Shown: positions 11,992 through 23,429 of the stretch, piece by piece | Layout: each line of letters begins with the position of its first letter | Position numbering within the stretch: the stretch's first letter is position 1 | From: Macrostomum hystrix | Taxonomy: Eukaryota; Animalia; Platyhelminthes | DNA length: 64,000 nt | Reading direction: 5' to 3' | Assembly: GCA_950097015.1 (NCBI GenBank) | Contig: CATNEN010000007.1 | Coordinates: 1,922,001-1,986,000, forward strand | Notes under the pieces: generated by a model | The model's database searches: none | What the model saw: only the letters and a program-made list of their open reading frames with translations | What the model was told of the DNA's origin: nothing | Program-made: the position numbers and the translations under genes

Positions 11992-14900
11992 CTATGATTT
12001 ACTATTCTCTTCTTTAGCCTCGGCCGCGGTTGCTGCAGTAATTTTGTCTTCGTTTTCTTCTTCATCAGCCAGGCGGTTGTAGAACTCGAGCTGGCGTTGC
12101 ACCGGCTGCACAATGGCCGCCTCGGTTTTGGGCAGCACTCGAGCTAGGGCCCGCGCCATCGGCAGGACAATGCTGCCAATGAACTGGCGCTGGCTGCAGG
12201 CTTTGCGTACCAAAGCCGGATCCATGAAGGGCAACGGCCGAATGCCTGCGAGATGGCGATTGGTTGCGCTTTTTAATTGACATCTCCTTGGATTACTACT
12301 GACAGTAATGTAGTAGAAGTAGTGATAGTTAAATCAAATTATGCAAATATTTTAATCAAGGATCACTAAGAGCAGGATATAAAAATACGTTTCTGAGAAA
12401 ACGTTTGGGAGGCTGGAAGTTCTTTATTGGAAGCAGATCTGAAGTAGAAACACCACGCTGTTTTTCCCTCAGGGGAGAGACCACTGTGGTATTTCAAATA
12501 CCACAAATGCCTACTTCACAATAGCTCCCAAACCGAATGACCGATTTTCGTGAAATCCCACCATCTGCATCTAAATTTTCCGTCCTTTACGATGAACCAA
12601 CTTTCAAAGCCGTCCGAGTAAACATCGTCTAGATATTCAGCGATTCTTGTCGAAGACCCTGACCTTCGCTTAGAATCATCACCGGCTGCCACAGCTGCTC
12701 GGGCATCGATCATCTTCATGACGATCCTGCCGGTGTCCCTGCACTCTGAACTTTTGGCAGCGCAGTTCTGGGTGCAAGCGCTTCATCCGTGCCACCCATG
12801 TCATCATCTGTCGCTCGTCCCGGCCCCCCGGCGGCAACTTCGCTCGTCGCTCACCACCTGCGCCACCAACTTCATCAACGTGCATCAGCCGCTTCTCCGT
12901 CCTTCCCCCGGTCCGCTCACCACCCGCCAGCTTTCCATCGCCCTCCACACCGCTTGCGTGCAGAAATGCCTGCTGGACCGGCAACATAATCGGGTCCTCG
13001 GCGCGCCGCCGCCTGTGATCGACGCCTCCGAGACGCAGTTGCCGCGCTCCGCCCGGGCCACGCTAGCCCAACTCCGGTCGGGTTTCTGCCTTCACCTGGC
13101 CAGTTTTAAGCACCGCCTAGACCAGGACTCGCCTGCCACCTGCCCGTGTTGCCACGGCGAGGAAGAGTCGGTCACGCATCTGTTCGCCTGCCCGGCTCGT
13201 CCCACCTCGCTCGTCCCGCGGGATCTCTGGTCCCAGCCCAAGACCGTCTGGGGCTTCTTCGCCGAGCTCTTCCCAGGAGCAGGTACTGGCCCTGGCCCGC
13301 CGAGCCAAGGTTAGCACACACACACACAAGGAAAACTGGCATTGCTCCGTATAAACCTCTTTGACAAATACATATCGGTTCAAAAGTGTATAAATTAACA
13401 ATATAACCAGTACAATATAGAAAAAAATGGTAGCATGGTTGTTAGGAAACTTTTGCCTATTTTTGTGGTTTTTGCCACCAGACACCCCGACGATAATCGT
13501 TGAATATATCGACGATGCACGTGTTTTGGGATTCTGGACGTTTTTTAACCACATAGAGCGAAAAATTATAGACCGCGTTTTAGATTTTCATGACGAATGG
13601 TTCAATATTTCAGGAGAAACAAAAAAATAATATGTATTTGTACCCCTCTGGTCCGTCTGCTGTCAATCATAACTGAAATAACATGTTGCTCCAACGAATT
13701 TTACGAAATAGCTTCATTCCTGGAAAGTTGATATTAACACTATTTTATCAGGCCTATATAATTACATTACAGGTTCTAAGCATACATTAAGACTGTACGC
13801 GATGGACCGTACGCGAGTAAATTGTTGTTGTCCACAAGTTACATTGTCTAGAGCAGGGGTCGGCAAACTCCGGCCCGCGGACCAGATGCGGCCCTCGAAG
13901 CTCGCAAATCCGGCCCGTTGCCCCTTCCAACATCTACAGTATCCTGTCTCATCTTTCCACTGTCTTATCTCTCACTCATCCTAAGACGGAGAGCCTCATC
14001 TCTCCCTGTCTCATCCTGTCTCATCTCTCCTCGGTCTCATCTCCCCTCGTTCTCATCTCTCTCGTGTCTCATCTCTCCCGTGCCTCATCTCTCCCGTGCC
14101 TCATCTCTCTCGTGTCTCATCTCTCTCGTGTCTCATCTCTCCCGTGCCTCATCTCTCCCGTGTCCAATCTCTCCCGTGTCTCATCTCTCCCGTGTCTAAT
14201 CTCTCCCGTGTCTCATCTCTCCCGAGTCTAATCTCTCCCGTGTCTCATCTCTCCCGTGTCTAATCTCTCTCGTGTCTCATCTCTCCCGTGCCTCATCTCT
14301 CCCGTGTCTAATCTCTCCCGTGTCTCCTCTCTCCCGTGTCTCATCTCTCTGGTGTCTCATCACTCTCGTGTCTTATCTCTCTCGTGTCTCATCTCTCCCG
14401 TGCCTCATCTCTCTCGTGTCTCCTCTCTCTCGTGTCTCATCTCTCTCGTGTCTCATCTCTTCCGTGTCTCCTCTCTCTCGTGTCTCATCTCTCCCGTGTC
14501 TCATCTCTCTCGTGTCTCATCTCTCTGGTGTCTAATCTCTCCCGTGTCTAATCTCTCCCGTGTCTAATCTCTCCCGTGTCTCATCTTTCCCGTGTCTCAT
14601 CTCTCTCGTGTCTCATCTCTCCCGTGTCTCATCTCTCCCGTGTCTCATCTCTCTCGTGTCTCATCTCTCCCGTGTCTCATCTCTCCCGTGTCTCATCTCT
14701 CCCGTGTCTCATCTCTCCCGTGTCTCATCTCTCCCGTGTCTCATCTCTCCCGTGTCTTATCTCTCTCGTGTCTCATCTCTCTGGTGTCTCATCACTCTCG
14801 TGTCTTATCTCTCTCGTGTCTCATCTCTCCCGTGCCTCATCTCTCTCGTGTCTCATCTCTCCCGTGCCTCATCTCTCTCGTGTCTCATCTCTCCCGTGCC

Positions 14901-17900
14901 TCATCTCTCTCGTGTCTCATCTCTCCCGTGCCTCATCTCTCTCGTGTCTCATCTCTCCCGTGCCTCATCTCTCTCGTGTCTCATCTCTCCCGTGCCTCAT
15001 CTCTCTCGTGTCTCATCTCTCCCGTGTCTCATCTCTCCCGTGTCTCATCTCTCCCGTGTCTCATCTCTCCAGTGTCTCATCTCTCCCGTGTCTCATCTCT
15101 CCCGTGTCTTATCTCTCTCGTGTCTCATCTCTCTGGTGTCTCATCACTCTCGTGTCTTATCTCTCTCGTGTCTCATCTCTCCCGTGCCTCATCTCTCTCG
15201 TGTCTCATCTCTCTGGTGTCTAATCTCTCCCGTGTCTAATCTCTCCCGTGTCTAATCTCTCCCGTGTCTCATCTTTCCCGTGTCTCATCTCTCTCGTGTC
15301 TCATCTCTCCCGTGTCTCATCTCTCCCGTGTCTCATCTCTCTCGTGTCTCATCTCTCCCGTGTCTCATCTCTCCCGTGTCTCATCTCTCCCGTGTCTCAT
15401 CTCTCCCGTGTCTCATCTCTCCCGTGTCTTATCTCTCTCGTGTCTCATCTCTCTGGTGTCTCATCACTCTCGTGTCTTATCTCTCTCGTGTCTCATCTCT
15501 CCCGTGCCTCATCTCTCTCGTGTCTCATCTCTCCCGTGCCTCATCTCTCTCGTGTCTCATCTCTCCCGTGCCTCATCTCTCTCGTGTCTCATCTCTCCCG
15601 TGCCTCATATCTCTCGTGTCTCATCTCTCCCGTGCCTCATCTCTCTCGTGTCTCATCTCTCCCGTGCCTCATCTCTCTCGTGTCTCATCTCTCCCGTGTC
15701 TTATCTCTCTCGTGTCTCATCTCTCTGGTGTCTCATCACTCTCGTGTCTTATCTCTCTCGTGTCTCATCTCTCCCGTGCCTCATCTCTCTCGTGTCTCAT
15801 CTCTCCCGTGCCTCATCTCTCTCGTGTCTCATCTCTCCCGTGCCTCATCTCTCTCGTGTCTCATCTCTCCCGTGCCTCATATCTCTCGTGTCTCATCTCT
15901 CTGGTGTCTCATCTCTCTTGTGTCTCATCTCTCCCGTGCCTCATCTCTCTCGTGTCTCATCTCTCCCGTGCCTCATCTCTCTCGTGTCTCATCTCTCCCG
16001 TGCCTCATCTCTCTCGTGTCTCATCTCTCCCGTGTCTCATCTCTCCCGTGTCTCATCTCTCCCGTGTCTCATCTCTCCAGTGTCTCATCTCTCCCGTGTC
16101 TCATCTCTCCCGTGTCTTATCTCTCTCGTGTCTCATCTCTCTGGTGTCTCATCACTCTCGTGTCTTATCTCTCTCGTGTCTCATCTCTCCCGTGCCTCAT
16201 CTCTCTCGTGTCTCATCTCTCCCGTGCCTCATCTCTCTCGTGTCTCATCTCTCTGGTGTCTCATCTCTCCCGTGTCTCATCTCTCCCGTGTCTCATCTCT
16301 CTCGTGTCTCATCTCTCCCGTGCCTCATCTCTCTCGTGTCTCATCTCTCCCGTGCCTCATCTCTCTCGTGTCTCATCTCTCCCGTGCCTCATCTCTCTCG
16401 TGTCTCATCTCTCTGGTGTCTCATCTCTCCCTGTCCCATTGCTTTATAAACTTGCATAACACAAATATTCACCCCCTATTGTACATGATAGAAAGTGCAA
16501 TGAAAACAAATAGGCTTGTAATTTACCGGACTCAGTTTCCAAGCGGGCCTCGGCATAGAACTCGTTCAGCAGGCAGTCGATCCAACGCTCCGCGGTGGCC
16601 ATCGGTCTGGCCTCATTGCTAACATCGGCCGACTTGACCACAATGCGAAGCAGCAATTCTCGACTGTCCTGGGAGCATTCGCTCAAATTTTCCAACTCGC
16701 CGGCGTCCAATGCCGCGACAAACTCCGCGACAATGTCGGAGTGCCTGGCCATGTCGGTGGATAGAATCAGGCGGCTCATCATCGCCTCGACGCTCTGACG
16801 AGTTGAGGCTGGCAGGGCGGAGAAGATGTCGCAAGCTGGCTCGGACAGCACGGCCATGGCTGTGGCAGCGTGATGGCTCTCCAGCGGCGACTCGGCATAG
16901 CTGCATGCGATCTTTGTGGCAGCTTTGCGCTGATAATAGTTAGATAGGCCGGGATGATCAAGGTCGTGACAGACGGCCGCTGTTAGAAGCGCTGCCAGCT
17001 CCGTGTCTGAGCAAACCCGGTCAAGGTCGCCCAGCCACACGATGGCGTAGGTCATCTGAGTCACCATGAAGCAGTGACGGAAATTGTGAAATGGCACCTG
17101 CAATGCGATTGGCATTTTTCAATTACGGATTGTTCTAATCCTGGATTTTTCTAATCCTGGATTTTTCTAATCCTGGATTTTTCTAATCCTGGATTTTTCT
17201 AATCCTGGATTTTTCTAATCCTGGATTGTTCTAATCCTGGATTTTTCTAATCCTGGATTGTTCTAATCCTGGATTTTTCTAATACTGGATTGTTCTAATC
17301 CTGGATTTTTCTAATCCTGGATTTTTCAAATCCTGGATTTTTCTAATCCTGGATTTTTCTAATCCTGGATTTTTCTAATCCTGGATTTTTCTAATCCTGG
17401 ATTTTTCTAATCCTGGATTTTTCTAATCCTGGATTTTTCTAATCCTGGATTTTTCTAATCCTGGATTTTTCTAATCCTGGATTTTTCTAATCCTGGATTT
17501 TTCTAATCCTGGATTTTTCTAATCCTGGATTTTTCTAATCCTGGATTTTTCTAATCCTGGATTTTTCTAATCCTGGATTTTTCTAATCCTGGATTTTTCT
17601 AATCCTCGGTTTTTCTAGTCCTGGATTTTTTTAATCCTGGATTTTTCTAATCCTGGATTGTTCTAATCCTGGATTTTTCTAATACTGGATTGTTCTAATC
17701 CTGGATTTTTCTAATCCTGGATTTTTCTAATCCTGGATTTTTCTAATCCTGGATTTTTCTAATCCTGGATTTTTCTAATCCTGGATTTTTCTAATCCTGG
17801 ATTTTTCTAATCCTGGATTTTTCTAATCCTGGAATTTTCTAATCCTGGATTTTTCTAATCCTGGATTTTTCTAATCCTGGATTTTTCTAATCCTGGATTG

Positions 17901-18428
17901 TTCTAATCCTGGATTTTTCTAATCCTGGAATTTTCTAATCCTGGATTTTTCTAATCCTGGATTTTTCTAATCCTGGATTTTCTAGTCCTGGATTTTTCTA
18001 ATCCTCGGTTTTTCTAGTCCTGGATTTTTTAAATCTTGGATTTTCTAATCCTTGATTTTTTAGCCAAAAATTTTTCAATCCGTATTTTTTTTGCCCGGAC
18101 AATTCACCTGATTGTATCCAGCATACACTCGCAGCAAAAAGCTCTGCAGCTTCTCGTCATCAATTGGCAGTCGCTCCGCCAATCCCAAGTCGATGTACAT
18201 CTGGCGCATGTACACCAGCAGGTGCGCGTCATCGTGCTCCCAGTTTGAGAAGCTTGCCAGCCGAATAGCCCGACGTTCGGCTTCGGTGACTCCACCGCCG
18301 CGGCAAATCGATCGGACCGCGTCGCGCACTAAGACGCAGGCCGAGTCCGGAGTTCGAATGAGGTCCGGGTAAGGACAATGAAGTGGCGGCGACTTGCACG
18401 GAGTGTCCATCACTGTCGGCTGGCGCAG
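11992..18428 (-). CDS. PDE9: cyclic-nucleotide phosphodiesterase, PDE9-like catalytic domain; 5' end uncertain (possible ATG 18410)
   Basis: Exons 18428..18108 (phase 0), 17097..16527 (phase 1), 12245..11992 join in frame: YNQ|VPFHNFRHCF, HDLDHPG, SPLESHH, TDMARH, KSADVSNEARP, ETESG|IRPLPFMDP...SQRQFI. All PDE metal-binding motifs and the invariant Gln are present; FHNFRHCF, SNE.RP and PFMD match PDE9. Confidence 0.88.
12666..13328 (+). mobile_element. 5'-truncated non-LTR retrotransposon (I/Nimb/Ingi-like C-terminus) in PDE9 intron
   Basis: LRIITGCH..IDHLH (frameshift) ILPV.LH.ELL..QF...LPRSARATLAQLRSG...CPCC...ESVTHLFACP..PTSL...DLW: post-RT region with a CCHC-type knuckle. Stop at 13314, then (CA)7 tail at 13315-13328. 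Confidence 0.8.
13854..13920 (+). mobile_element. single end of a hAT (Charlie/MER58-like) element
   Basis: GTCTAGAG|CAGGGGTCGGCAAACT.CGGCCCGCGG...ATCCGGCCC is the Charlie-type TIR after an nTCTAGAn target. No partner TIR found. Confidence 0.65.
13940..16436. repeat. 16-bp minisatellite CATCTCTCCCGTGTCT, ~155 units, PDE9 intron
   Basis: Direct reading; same family at 59078-59362 and degenerate inverted at ~10120-10200. Confidence 0.98.
17127..18060. repeat. 16-bp minisatellite CTAATCCTGGATTTTT, ~58 units, fills PDE9 intron 17098-18107
   Basis: Direct reading. Confidence 0.98.
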
Positions 18429-18435
18429 CTGTAGA

Positions 18436-18732
18436 GGATAAGGATGGGCTGAGATAAGCATGGGCTGAGATAAGGATAAGCTGAGATAAGGATAAGCTGA
18501 GATAAGGATGGGCTGAGATAAGGATAAGCTGAGATAAGGATAAGCTGAGATAAGGATAAGCTGAGATAAGGATAAGCTGAGATAAGGATAAGCTGAGATA
18601 AGGATAAGCTGAGATAAGGATAAGCTGAGATAAGGATGGGCTGAGATAAGGATAAGCTGAGATAAGGATAAGCTGAGATAAGGATAAGCTGAGATAAGGA
18701 TAAGCTGAGATAAGGATGGGCTGAGATAAGGG
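18436..18732. repeat. 16-bp minisatellite GATAAGCTGAGATAAG, ~18 units, abutting the PDE9 acceptor
   Basis: Direct reading; on the minus strand the repeat forms the pyrimidine tract before AG at 18429-18430. Confidence 0.97.
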
Positions 18733-19151
18733 TGATGTGGGGTTTGCTTGCGCGCCAAGCCAAGAATGCCTCTGAACATTTTATTGAACACGTAAGTGAG
18801 TAACAGAGTAAAACATGATAGAAGCAGAAGTGGAAATAATAATGAAGGAGGGAAGAATCCTCAGGTCGGGAGACAGGAAAGAAGGGCTAACAGAGACGGA
18901 AAATATTGAACGATCGTAGCTGTGTGGGAAGAGAGCGCGTGAGGGAGAGTATAAAAAGACATTGATTTAAGCGCAAATGAGAAGGCCTATAGCAACAGAA
19001 ATCTCCAAGCAGCAGCACGAACTATTTTTTACCTTGTTTGCAATGCCAAATAGCCCGCCTGTTCTCGTGAATTGAACTGACACGCTTTGAGTCTAAACTC
19101 ATCCATGAATGCGCCACACCCGATAGAAGACACCCGCACTATTGCGCATAA

Positions 19152-19165
19152 GTTGCTATGGCAAC
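19152..19165. promoter_or_regulatory. RFX X-box upstream of PDE9-like gene
   Basis: GTTGCTATGGCAAC matches the RFX consensus GTYNCYATRGNAAC; ~60 bp upstream of a candidate first exon with donor AAG|GTAAAA at 19033. Confidence 0.55.
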
Positions 19166-19494
19166 AGGAGAAGCTTTTAAAGCAAGTCAATCCACTTTAG
19201 AGCCTGGAATATTAATTCATTAGCTACGAATATCATATACTTCGGGTGTCCGGAAAGTCATGAGAATGTGTTATTCTAACTACTTAGACACAAGCTATTG
19301 GCAAGATACTGTGCCATTCTAACACTTGACTTAATATGTCTATGGCTGAAAGAGCTAGATTCTAGCTTCAAATTTGGGGTAAGGCTGCAATGGTTATAAC
19401 TTAGAAGTCTAGGCCACTGCAACGCAGAGGCAAAGCAAGCATCTATCGTTACTTTTTTCTTCATTGATCCTTGCTGCAATGCTGCTGCTTTGAG

Positions 19495-20911
19495 ATGGAC
19501 GAGTTTCAAGCTTATGCTTATACCAGGTATACGCTTGGTATATGTGCTCCTGATTGCCATGGAGAACTGCTGAAAGTGCATGGAGATGTGGCGCCTGGTC
19601 TGTCGTCAGTGTACCGATGGTACACAAGGTTCCGTGACGAGTCGTACCCACTGGCCCAAGCTGCCCGTACTGGCCGGCCGGGATTGACGAGAACACCAGA
19701 GCTGATCGAGACCTGCAGAAATCTCGTGAAAGAAGACCCAAAAGTGGAACTTTACCGGTTGGGTGCCGAGCAAGTTAATGGCGGTCGATCGAGGCGCGTA
19801 GCGCCGAGATCGTAATCGCCATTAACTGCGAGGCAGCCAACCGGTAAAAGCATTATAAGGCTTCAGGCCATAGACAAATCAACTCCCCCTATAACGCTAT
19901 CTGGCGGCTGTCGGTCGACAAGCAACGGCGTTATAGCTGAAGCCTTATAATGCTTTTACCGGTTGGTAAAATACTTTAATTGATAATTGAAAAGAAACAA
20001 ATATAAGCGTCCAAATTTTGTCAGCTTCTGGCTCATGGCGGATTGGCGCAGTTTGTGCCATAGACATGCCATTATCGCTGAGTGATCGTTTATACCATAA
20101 TACGTTGCTGAAGCCTTATAATGAGTGTCAGAGATCTTGCTGACTTCATGGAGGTTGGGAAATCAACAGTGCATGAAATATTGACTGAAGACCTGCAACT
20201 TCGCAATGTGTCTGCCGTGTGGGTCCCGCATGTTCTCTCCGAGGAGAACAAGGTTGCTCGCGTCAATTGTGCCAAGCAAATACGTCGGAGTTTTCATACC
20301 GAGGGCATGACCAGCTTCTGCAACAAGTACGTGGTGGAGGACGAGACGTGGGTGTACCTTAAAAACACTGGTACACGGCAGAACAACCGGTGCTGGCTGG
20401 GTCAAGGCGACCATCGACCTCAAGTTGTGAGACACTCAGTCGGGGACCCAAAGACAATGCTGGTAGTCGCTTTCACCCCAAGCAAGCGATTCTCTATCAT
20501 GTCAACGGCGCCAAAGCAGACTGTTGATGCCAATCGCATCGTTGAATTCGTTCGACACACAGGTGACCTATGGCGGAGCCTCAGATCACAGCCAATTCAT
20601 TTGTCCGAAGTCTTGTGGCAGTGGGACCTCATGTGGCCCAGCCTGTGCAGCAGTACATGGAGACTCGTGGAGTTCAACTGCTTTTTCAGAGTCCCTGCAG
20701 CCCTGATTTCAATTTATGCGACCGTTTTTTTTTCAATTGGCTGAAATCGGACTTCTCGAAGCGGGAGTTCAGCAGCCACGATGAGGTCCGCGAGGCCGCG
20801 TTGCAGTGGGCGAGGGGTCTGGATGCAAACTGCTTGAAACGCGAGGTTCTACGGCTCGTGGAGCACTGTCAAGCTGTGATTGACTTCAGGGGAAATTACA
20901 TTACTGATTAG
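19495..20911 (+). pseudogene. mariner DD34D-type transposase, disrupted
   Basis: HTH region (VYRWY..F...RTGRP), WVPHVL, DETWVY, WQWD, SPCSPDFNLCD. Interrupted by a 377-bp insert after EDPK and a frameshifting deletion after WQWD where NARPH is expected. Confidence 0.92.
19747..20123. mobile_element. 377-bp non-autonomous palindrome-rich insert inside the mariner ORF
   Basis: Removal restores CCA AAA GTG|AGT GTC (DPK[V/M]SVRDLA); TG is shared at both junctions. Hairpin 19750-19849, perfect 30-bp IR 19837-19866/19937-19966, CCATAGAC at 19868 and 20058. Confidence 0.8.
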
Positions 20912-20995
20912 TAAAGTTTCACTGTTCTGCGCGTTTTTATAATTAACCTTTTGTAGTTTTCTCATGACTTTCCGGACACCCGGAATATGTTACAC

Positions 20996-21434
20996 CAAGC
21001 TATCAATTTAAACTGTACCAAGCTATCAATATCTCTAGCTTGAATCAAGACATCAATATCTGCCTTGAATCAAGCTATCAATATCTACCTTGCATCAAAC
21101 CATCAATATCTACCCTGAATCAAGACATCAATATCTACCTTGCATCAAACCATCAATATCTACCCTGAATCAAGACATCAATATCTACCCTGTATCAAGC
21201 TATCAATATCTACCCTGTATCAAGCTATCAATATCTACCCTGTATCAAGCTATCAATATCTACCCTGTATCAAGCTATCAATATCTACCCTGTATCAAGC
21301 TATCAATATCTACCCTGTATCAAGCTATCAATATCTACCCTGTATCAAGCTATCAATATCTACCCTGTATCAAGCTATCAATATCTACCCTGTATCAAGC
21401 TATCAATATCTACCCTGTATCAAGCTATCAATAT
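20996..21434. repeat. 25-bp minisatellite ATCAAGCTATCAATATCTACCCTGT
   Basis: Direct reading; degenerate at the left edge. Confidence 0.95.
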
Positions 21435-22055
21435 CGAGCTACTCGGCTTGAGTTTTTGACTGGGCTTTTAGCAGCGCATAGGCTGGTAAACAAGCACTCA
21501 ACTTTTCATCATGTCAGAGAAATAAGCGAAGTGCACACTCTTGCAATCCTTCCAGCTCATATTTGTTTAACCTCTCATCGCTAAAGATGAGTTCTCCTAC
21601 AACATCTCAGCGGCATCATCGACTCTAGCTTTGAGTCAACACTATATTAGTGAGGCCTGTACTACTAGAGGCTGACTGGATGGATTAGTGTCCAGTAGCT
21701 AGAAATAATTAGCTAGCTACTCGTAGCTAGTCGAAAGTTTTACGAAATTCAAGTGCTTCGAGTTAAATCAATCGATAATTGAAGTATTCTAAGTAGGACC
21801 CGAGTTAGTTGAGAATTTGCGAAGTTCAGCTTCAGTAAAAACATCCGCCAACCGGACCATAATAAGCAGCCCAACCCAAGATCGGTGAGCTCAATCAGAC
21901 TCAAATATACAGGAAGCTCGCATCTTGAGCAGTTAAAGAAGCTTCGAGTCAAGCTTGAAGTGCTTACAACCCAAGGGGATTTGGTGGATTATTGGCAAGC
22001 ATGCAAAAATCTGTACCAGCGAGACTGGCTAAATTAGTGAAGACCCACCATATAA

Positions 22056-22694
22056 AAGAACAGAGGGGAGAAAGAACACAGCGAAGAAAGAACAGAGCGG
22101 AGAAAGAACAGAGCGGAGAAAGAAGAGAGCGGAGAAAGAACAGAGCGGAGAAAGAAGAGAGCGGAGAAAGAACAGAGGGGAGAAAGAACACAGCGGAGAA
22201 AGAACACAGCGGAGAAAGAATAGAGTGGAGAAAGAACAGAGAGAGAAAGAACAGAGCGGAGAAAGAACAGAGCGGAGAAAGAATAGAGCGGAGAAAGAAC
22301 AGAGCGGAGAAAGAACAGAGCGGAGAAAGAACAGAGCGGAGAAAGAACAGAGCGGAGAAAGAACAGAGGGGAGAAAGAACACAGCGGAGAAAGAACAGAG
22401 CGGAGAAAGAACAGAGAGGAGAAATAACAGAGGGGAGAAAGAACAGAGGGGAGAAAGAACACAGCGGAGAAAGAATAGAGTGGAGAAAGAACAGAGAGAG
22501 AAAGAACAGAGCGGAGAAAGAACAGAGCGGAGAAAGAATAGAGCGGAGAAAGAACAGAGCGGAGAAAGAACAGAGCGGAGAAAGAACAGAGCGGAGAAAG
22601 AACAGAGCGGAGAAAGAACAGAGGGGAGAAAGAACACAGCGGAGAAAGAACAGAGCGGAGAAAGAACAGAGAGGAGAAATAACAGAGGGGAGAA
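22056..22694. repeat. 16-bp purine-rich minisatellite AGAACAGAGCGGAGAA
   Basis: Direct reading. Confidence 0.96.
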
Positions 22695-23223
22695 TGAACT
22701 ATAAGAGAGAAAGGAGGAGAGGTTTAGGGGTTGTAAAAAGCAGATAAAAAGGCCAATAAAACAGCAGCGAAGGCAAAACAATGGCTCAAGCAACTCACAC
22801 AGCAGATATCGGCAAGGCCAGAAAAGCTATTCACAAGAAGGCACACACTGTATGCTGAGGCTGCCAATCTCAATATCTACATTTTACGAGTGGGAAAGAA
22901 ATTGCAAGTTTATCTCTTTGCGAATCTAAAGTCCACGATGTCCGATTGTGAAGCCTGAATCCAGCAAAGAGTTGCCACACATAACACACACGTAACGGAA
23001 TTTCGCAAACGTGTAGTTTATATGGCAAACGATCTGATTAAATAGATGCAGCAAAGCCAAAAAATACGTAAAATTATATGTGGTCTAGTGTATTTAGGTA
23101 GATAGCAAAGCCCAGGTTACTACAAACGCTAGAGCCGTAAACGCTCTTAACGCGGTCCTCGCAATCAAACAGGTAGAACGAATTGTCTATGGGATATTTA
23201 GCTGCAACGGTTGAATAGTATAT

Positions 23224-23429
23224 TATTACCCAGGCTTTCAGGGCGATAATGGGAAAGCCTGGGTAATACTGTGATTGTACCATAGACTATGTGGCTTATA
23301 GTATGTGGCTATACGTTAAAATACACAAAAATAATCCATTATCGGCCCAACTTTTCGGGCCAAAATGACATCGTCTATGGCAATAATCGAATATCAGCCC
23401 GCCCGATAGCCACGTAGTCATGGTACAAT
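23224..23429. mobile_element. small hairpin plus TIR element (MITE-like)
   Basis: Perfect 16-bp IR TATTACCCAGGCTTTC (23224-23239)/GAAAGCCTGGGTAATA (23253-23268), then imperfect TIR ATTGTACCATAGACTATGTGGCT (from 23274) / AGCCACGTAGTCATGGTACAAT (to 23429). Confidence 0.65.

Larger units (their letters stand above)
19240..20985 (+). mobile_element. Tc1/mariner transposon, full-length, TA target duplication
   Basis: TIRs CTTCGGGTGTCCGGAAAGTCATGAGAA (from 19240) and TTCTCATGACTTTCCGGACACCCGGAA (to 20985), TA on both sides. Confidence 0.95.

Noticed and set aside
19095-19510. Similar MDEF starts on opposite strands (19106 and 19495)
   Set aside because: Only ~12 nt of similarity with no extension; treated as coincidence.
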